Source of the DNA: Nitrosarchaeum sp.
GTDB taxonomy: Archaea > Thermoproteota > Nitrososphaeria > Nitrososphaerales > Nitrosopumilaceae
DNA: 64,000 nt
Reading direction: 5' to 3'
Assembly (NCBI GenBank): GCA_965223865.1
Contig: OZ245020.1
Span: 1,184,001-1,248,000 of the forward strand
In this document: in pieces, positions 60,435-64,000 of the stretch
Layout: every line of letters starts with the position of its first letter
How positions within the stretch are numbered: position 1 is the stretch's first letter
The notes under the pieces: generated by a model
The model's database searches: none
Told to the model about the DNA's origin: nothing
Seen by the model: the letters and a program-made list of their open reading frames with translations, nothing else
Made by a program: the position numbers and the translations under genes

Positions 60435-60698
60435 TCAGAATATTTCTACTCCTAGTCTTCTTGCACAGGCAATTGCTGCTTTTCCATCATTTTCTGAAAT
60501 TCCATTTTTTTTGAATTTTTCAGTCCATCCTGTTTTGACTCCCATTGTGTTTTCTCTAAAATATTCTCGCAAAATGATCCCTATTTGAGAGTCTAATCGA
60601 GTTTTTGTAGCCTCATTCATGCCTGACTGTAAAATAGTAGAATCAGTTGTTGCTAATATCTTGATAAATTCAATATCTTCTAAAGAAAGTTCTCTCAT
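60435..60698 (-). CDS. Hypothetical protein
   Basis: Overlaps the gatB stop; 87 aa. Confidence 0.72.
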   Translation of the reverse strand: MRELSLEDIEFIKILATTDSTILQSGMNEATKTRLDSQIGIILREYFRENTMGVKTGWTEKFKKNGISENDGKAAIACARRLGVEIF

Positions 60699-62104
60699 GT
60701 ATTTTCAATTTTCTTTTTGAGCAAATCTAATGTAGTCTTTGGGTCTGCCTTTCCTTTTGTTTTTTGCATTACTTTTCCTACAAGATAATTTATGGTTTGA
60801 GGATTTGATTTTGCTTGCTCTACTGCCTGTGTTTCTTCTGAAATTATCTCATCTATTATTTTCATGAGTTCTGATTCATCAGAAACATTTCCAAGATCAA
60901 ATTCTGCAATAATCTCAGATAGGTTTTTTCCTGTTTTTATAATTTCAGACAATGCATTCTTGGCTGAATTTCTTGTAATTTTTGCCGACTGAATTGCATC
61001 GGCTAACTCCATTAGATGATTTGCAGAAAGTTTTGATTGTTCTCTTTTTTCCCTGGTGTCTACAAGCCCCATCAAATCTGTGGTAATAATATTTGCAATC
61101 TCTTTTGCATTTTTTTCATTATGTGACTCTTCAAACAAATCTGAATAAAATTTATCTGAAGATAAAACCTCTGCTACTTGTACAGGAATTCCATATCGTG
61201 AAACATAGCGTTCTTTTTTAGAACTAACACTCTCTGGCATTTCTTTTTTTAATTTTTCTTGGGTCTCTTTTTCTATTCTAATCCATGGAATGTCTCCTTC
61301 AAGAAAATACCTATAGTCTAATTCCTCTTCTTTTGATCTAGCTGAAATGGTAATTTTTCTTCTATCATCCCAATGCCTTGTCTCTTGTACAATTGGAATA
61401 TCTCTAGAGTGTAAGCTTTCTTGTCTTGTTATCTCAAAATGAACTGCTTTTTCTAAATCATGAAATGAACCAATATTTTTGATTTCAACTTTGTTTCCAC
61501 CTTCTATTGATACATTTGCATCTGCTCTCATAGCTCCTTCCAGACTAGGGTCTGAGACACCTAGATTTTCCAACAAATCTGATAAAATATTTAGAAATTC
61601 TCTTACTTGCTTGGGATTTTCAAAATCAGGCTCTGTGACAATTTCAACTAGTGGTGTGCCTGCACGGTTATAATCAACTAGCGTAATTTGATTTTTCAAA
61701 GAACTTCCCTCATAGATTAGTCGTCCTGGGTCTTCTTCAAGTTGAACTCGGGTTATTCTGATTTTCTTGTCTCCTACCATAATGTGTCCTGAACCGCCAA
61801 CACTGGTATCCCCAAAAATGTTAAGTTGTGTAATTTGAAAATTTTTTGGCAAATCTGGATAAAAGTAATTCTTTCTAAAAAATGCAATTTTTTCTGGGGT
61901 TGTGCAGTTTAAGGCCATTGCTATCATTGTTGCTTTTTCAACTGCCTTTTGATTTAATCTTGGTAAGCTTCCTGGCAAACCCATACAAACAGGGCAAATG
62001 TTTGTGTTTGGTTCATAATCTCTATAATCTGCCTTGCATGAGCAAAACAACTTACTTTCAAGCTTTGTTAGCTGACAGTGAATCTCTAATCCTATTTTTG
62101 TCAA
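60695..62104 (-). CDS. gatB: Asp/Glu-tRNA amidotransferase subunit B
   Basis: IGLEIHCQL, RKNYFYPDLPK, DYNRAG.PL.EIVTEP, DYRYF. Confidence 0.98.
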   Translation of the reverse strand: MTKIGLEIHCQLTKLESKLFCSCKADYRDYEPNTNICPVCMGLPGSLPRLNQKAVEKATMIAMALNCTTPEKIAFFRKNYFYPDLPKNFQITQLNIFGDTSVGGSGHIMVGDKKIRITRVQLEEDPGRLIYEGSSLKNQITLVDYNRAGTPLVEIVTEPDFENPKQVREFLNILSDLLENLGVSDPSLEGAMRADANVSIEGGNKVEIKNIGSFHDLEKAVHFEITRQESLHSRDIPIVQETRHWDDRRKITISARSKEEELDYRYFLEGDIPWIRIEKETQEKLKKEMPESVSSKKERYVSRYGIPVQVAEVLSSDKFYSDLFEESHNEKNAKEIANIITTDLMGLVDTREKREQSKLSANHLMELADAIQSAKITRNSAKNALSEIIKTGKNLSEIIAEFDLGNVSDESELMKIIDEIISEETQAVEQAKSNPQTINYLVGKVMQKTKGKADPKTTLDLLKKKIENT

Positions 62105-63546
62105 ATTGGCACCTCTGGTAACTTTACAGTATTTTCGAGTGCATGTGCTGCCTGAAGTAATGACTTGTCATTCATTGAATTTGCCAAGATTTGAATTCCT
62201 ATGGGTAATCCATTTGATACTTCAAATGGAACAGAGATTGCAGGTTTGCCTGTAAGGTTTGCAGTTACTGTATTGATATCTACAAGAAATAATGCAATTG
62301 GGTCATCAATCTTTTCTCCGATCTTAAATGGTAAAATTGGTACTGTTGGCGCAATCAAATAGTCATATTTTTCAAATACTTGATCTATTTCTTTTGTTAG
62401 TTTATTTTTAACTTTAAGCGCTTTTAGAAAATACTTTCCGGCGTGTCCTGTAGATGGAACATATCCTCCAAGAATCATTCTTCTTGTAACTTCGGGTCCA
62501 AACTGCGTTCTTGCCTTTGAAATGTATGAATTAAACTCATACCCTTCAACGGGAAAATCATACCCATATCGTAAATTATCATATCTTGCCAGATTACTTC
62601 CAGCTTCTGTTGCAGTTATGGTATAGTATGCAGCTACTGAATATTTTACCATGTCAAGTGATACTTCTTCACATTCGGCACCCAAATTCTCGAATTTTGA
62701 CACTGCATTTTTTGTTGCAGACAAGACAGCAGAGTCAATTCCTTCTCCTACCATCTCTTGAATTATGCCTATTTTTTTCCCTTCTATTCCTGAATCTATG
62801 CCTGCAAGATAGTCTTGTTGATTATTATCTACTGTAGTGTTGTCATTGGAGTCTTGTCCTGATATTATGTTTAGTAAAAATGCGGTGTCTTTTACAGTTC
62901 TTGTAATTGGACCTATTTGCTCAATGCTGTTTGCATAAGATATCAATCCAAATCTACTAATCAGACCATATGTTGGCTTGTAACCTACTACGCCACAAAA
63001 ACTTGCTGGGTTCCTGACAGAACCTCCTGTATCAGAACCCAGAGAAGCTACACACTCAAATGCACTAACTGACACTGCACTACCTCCTGAGGATCCTCCT
63101 GGAACATAATCTGTATTCCAAGGATTCATACTTGGTCCATAGGCACTAAATTCTGTAGTTAATCCCATTGCAAATTCATCAAGATTAGCTTTTCCCACAA
63201 AGATTGCATCTTGTTGTTTTAGTTTTGAAATTACAGTTGCATCATATGGTGCTGTAAAATTCTCCAGCATTTTTGATGCGCATGTAGTCTTTGAATCTTT
63301 GATGCAAATGTTGTCTTTAATTGACATTGGCATTCCAAAACAAGCCCCGACTTTTTGACCTAATTTTATTTTCTTGTCAATATCTCTTGCTTGTTCTAAT
63401 GCATCAGAATTTACTTGTAAAAATGCATGTAGTTTATCATCTATCTTACCAATTCGTTCTATTGTACTTGCAACAAAGTCTTCAGCTGAAATATTTCCAT
63501 TTTGTACTTCTTGTACATATTCTAAGGCAGAGATTTTTAGATTCAA
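62101..63546 (-). CDS. gatA: Asp/Glu-tRNA amidotransferase subunit A
   Basis: KDNI, PGGSSGGS, GSDTGGSVR, NLARYD. Confidence 0.98.
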   Translation of the reverse strand: MNLKISALEYVQEVQNGNISAEDFVASTIERIGKIDDKLHAFLQVNSDALEQARDIDKKIKLGQKVGACFGMPMSIKDNICIKDSKTTCASKMLENFTAPYDATVISKLKQQDAIFVGKANLDEFAMGLTTEFSAYGPSMNPWNTDYVPGGSSGGSAVSVSAFECVASLGSDTGGSVRNPASFCGVVGYKPTYGLISRFGLISYANSIEQIGPITRTVKDTAFLLNIISGQDSNDNTTVDNNQQDYLAGIDSGIEGKKIGIIQEMVGEGIDSAVLSATKNAVSKFENLGAECEEVSLDMVKYSVAAYYTITATEAGSNLARYDNLRYGYDFPVEGYEFNSYISKARTQFGPEVTRRMILGGYVPSTGHAGKYFLKALKVKNKLTKEIDQVFEKYDYLIAPTVPILPFKIGEKIDDPIALFLVDINTVTANLTGKPAISVPFEVSNGLPIGIQILANSMNDKSLLQAAHALENTVKLPEVPI

Positions 63547-63813
63547 CTATACCATCTTTGGGGCTCTGACGAATGTTCCCTTGTAATTGTACAATTTTTC
63601 AATTAAATTTTCATTAAAGGTAATGTGCTTGTCTTCTCTTAATTCAGAAAGTGAAATATCATTAGTAATCATTTCATCTTCTTCAACTCCAGCTGAATCT
63701 AAAATATCAAAATAATCAATCATTGTATGGACTTTATCTATAAACTCTCTATGATCATCTATGTTAATTTTCATTAATTTTGCAACTTTGATTATCTCTT
63801 CTTCTGATACCAT
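63547..63813 (-). CDS. gatC: Asp/Glu-tRNA amidotransferase subunit C
   Basis: EEI.KVAKL...LRED...VRAP; directly upstream of gatA. Confidence 0.9.
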   Translation of the reverse strand: MVSEEEIIKVAKLMKINIDDHREFIDKVHTMIDYFDILDSAGVEEDEMITNDISLSELREDKHITFNENLIEKLYNYKGTFVRAPKMV

Positions 63814-63821
63814 ACAAATCA

Positions 63822-64000
63822 CTAGGGGGTCAATCTATCAACGTCTCTTGGATAAAATGTCACATCTCTGATGTTTTCTGTGCCTGTAAGTGCCATGATT
63901 AACCTCTCAAGTCCTATTCCACATCCAGCATGAGGTGGGACACCATAATCAAATGCTCCAAGATGATACTCAAAGGCATCTGTATTCATTCCCTTGTTTT
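63822..64000 (-). CDS. aspS: Aspartate--tRNA ligase, C-terminal end (runs off the right edge)
   Basis: Manual translation [21 protein letters not shown]...[17 protein letters not shown]. Confidence 0.93.
   Translation of the reverse strand, partial: NKGMNTDAFEYHLGAFDYGVPPHAGCGIGLERLIMALTGTENIRDVTFYPRDVDRLTP

Noticed and set aside
33111-63586. Many 60-150 aa ORFs antisense or out of frame to tfb, birA, mscS, amt, acs, gatA/B and others
   Set aside because: Fully overlap well-supported genes and have the Ser/Ile/Phe-rich composition typical of shadow frames

Overview
AT-rich chromosomal segment of an ammonia-oxidising archaeon (Nitrososphaerota/Thaumarchaeota, Nitrosopumilaceae-like, judged from 16S/23S sequence and gene content). 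The core blocks are fbp/tuf-rpsJ-rpoP, a 16S-23S rRNA operon without tRNA or 5S, tfb-birA, ychF, cysS-nadE, tRNA-Phe, acs and aspS-gatCAB. Two accessory stretches separate them. The first (about 16.7-26 kb) holds an F420 PPOX protein, a wHTH/rhodanese/cupredoxin module with duplicated operators, a nucleotide cyclase-roadblock-Cache trio and a matrixin. The second (about 45-52.4 kb) holds a cluster of 32-62 aa microproteins missed by the ORF track, followed by CBS-DUF1059-Lrp-cyclase-Amt. A polyhydroxyalkanoate locus (candidate depolymerase, phaR-like, phaP-like, phaEC) lies at 28-31.4 kb, bracketed by roadblock-like paralogues. Three genes are broken by single-base shifts in A/T homopolymers, either sequencing artefact or slippage. 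I saw no CRISPR, transposase or integrase. All family calls come from motif recognition by eye; no database searches were run.
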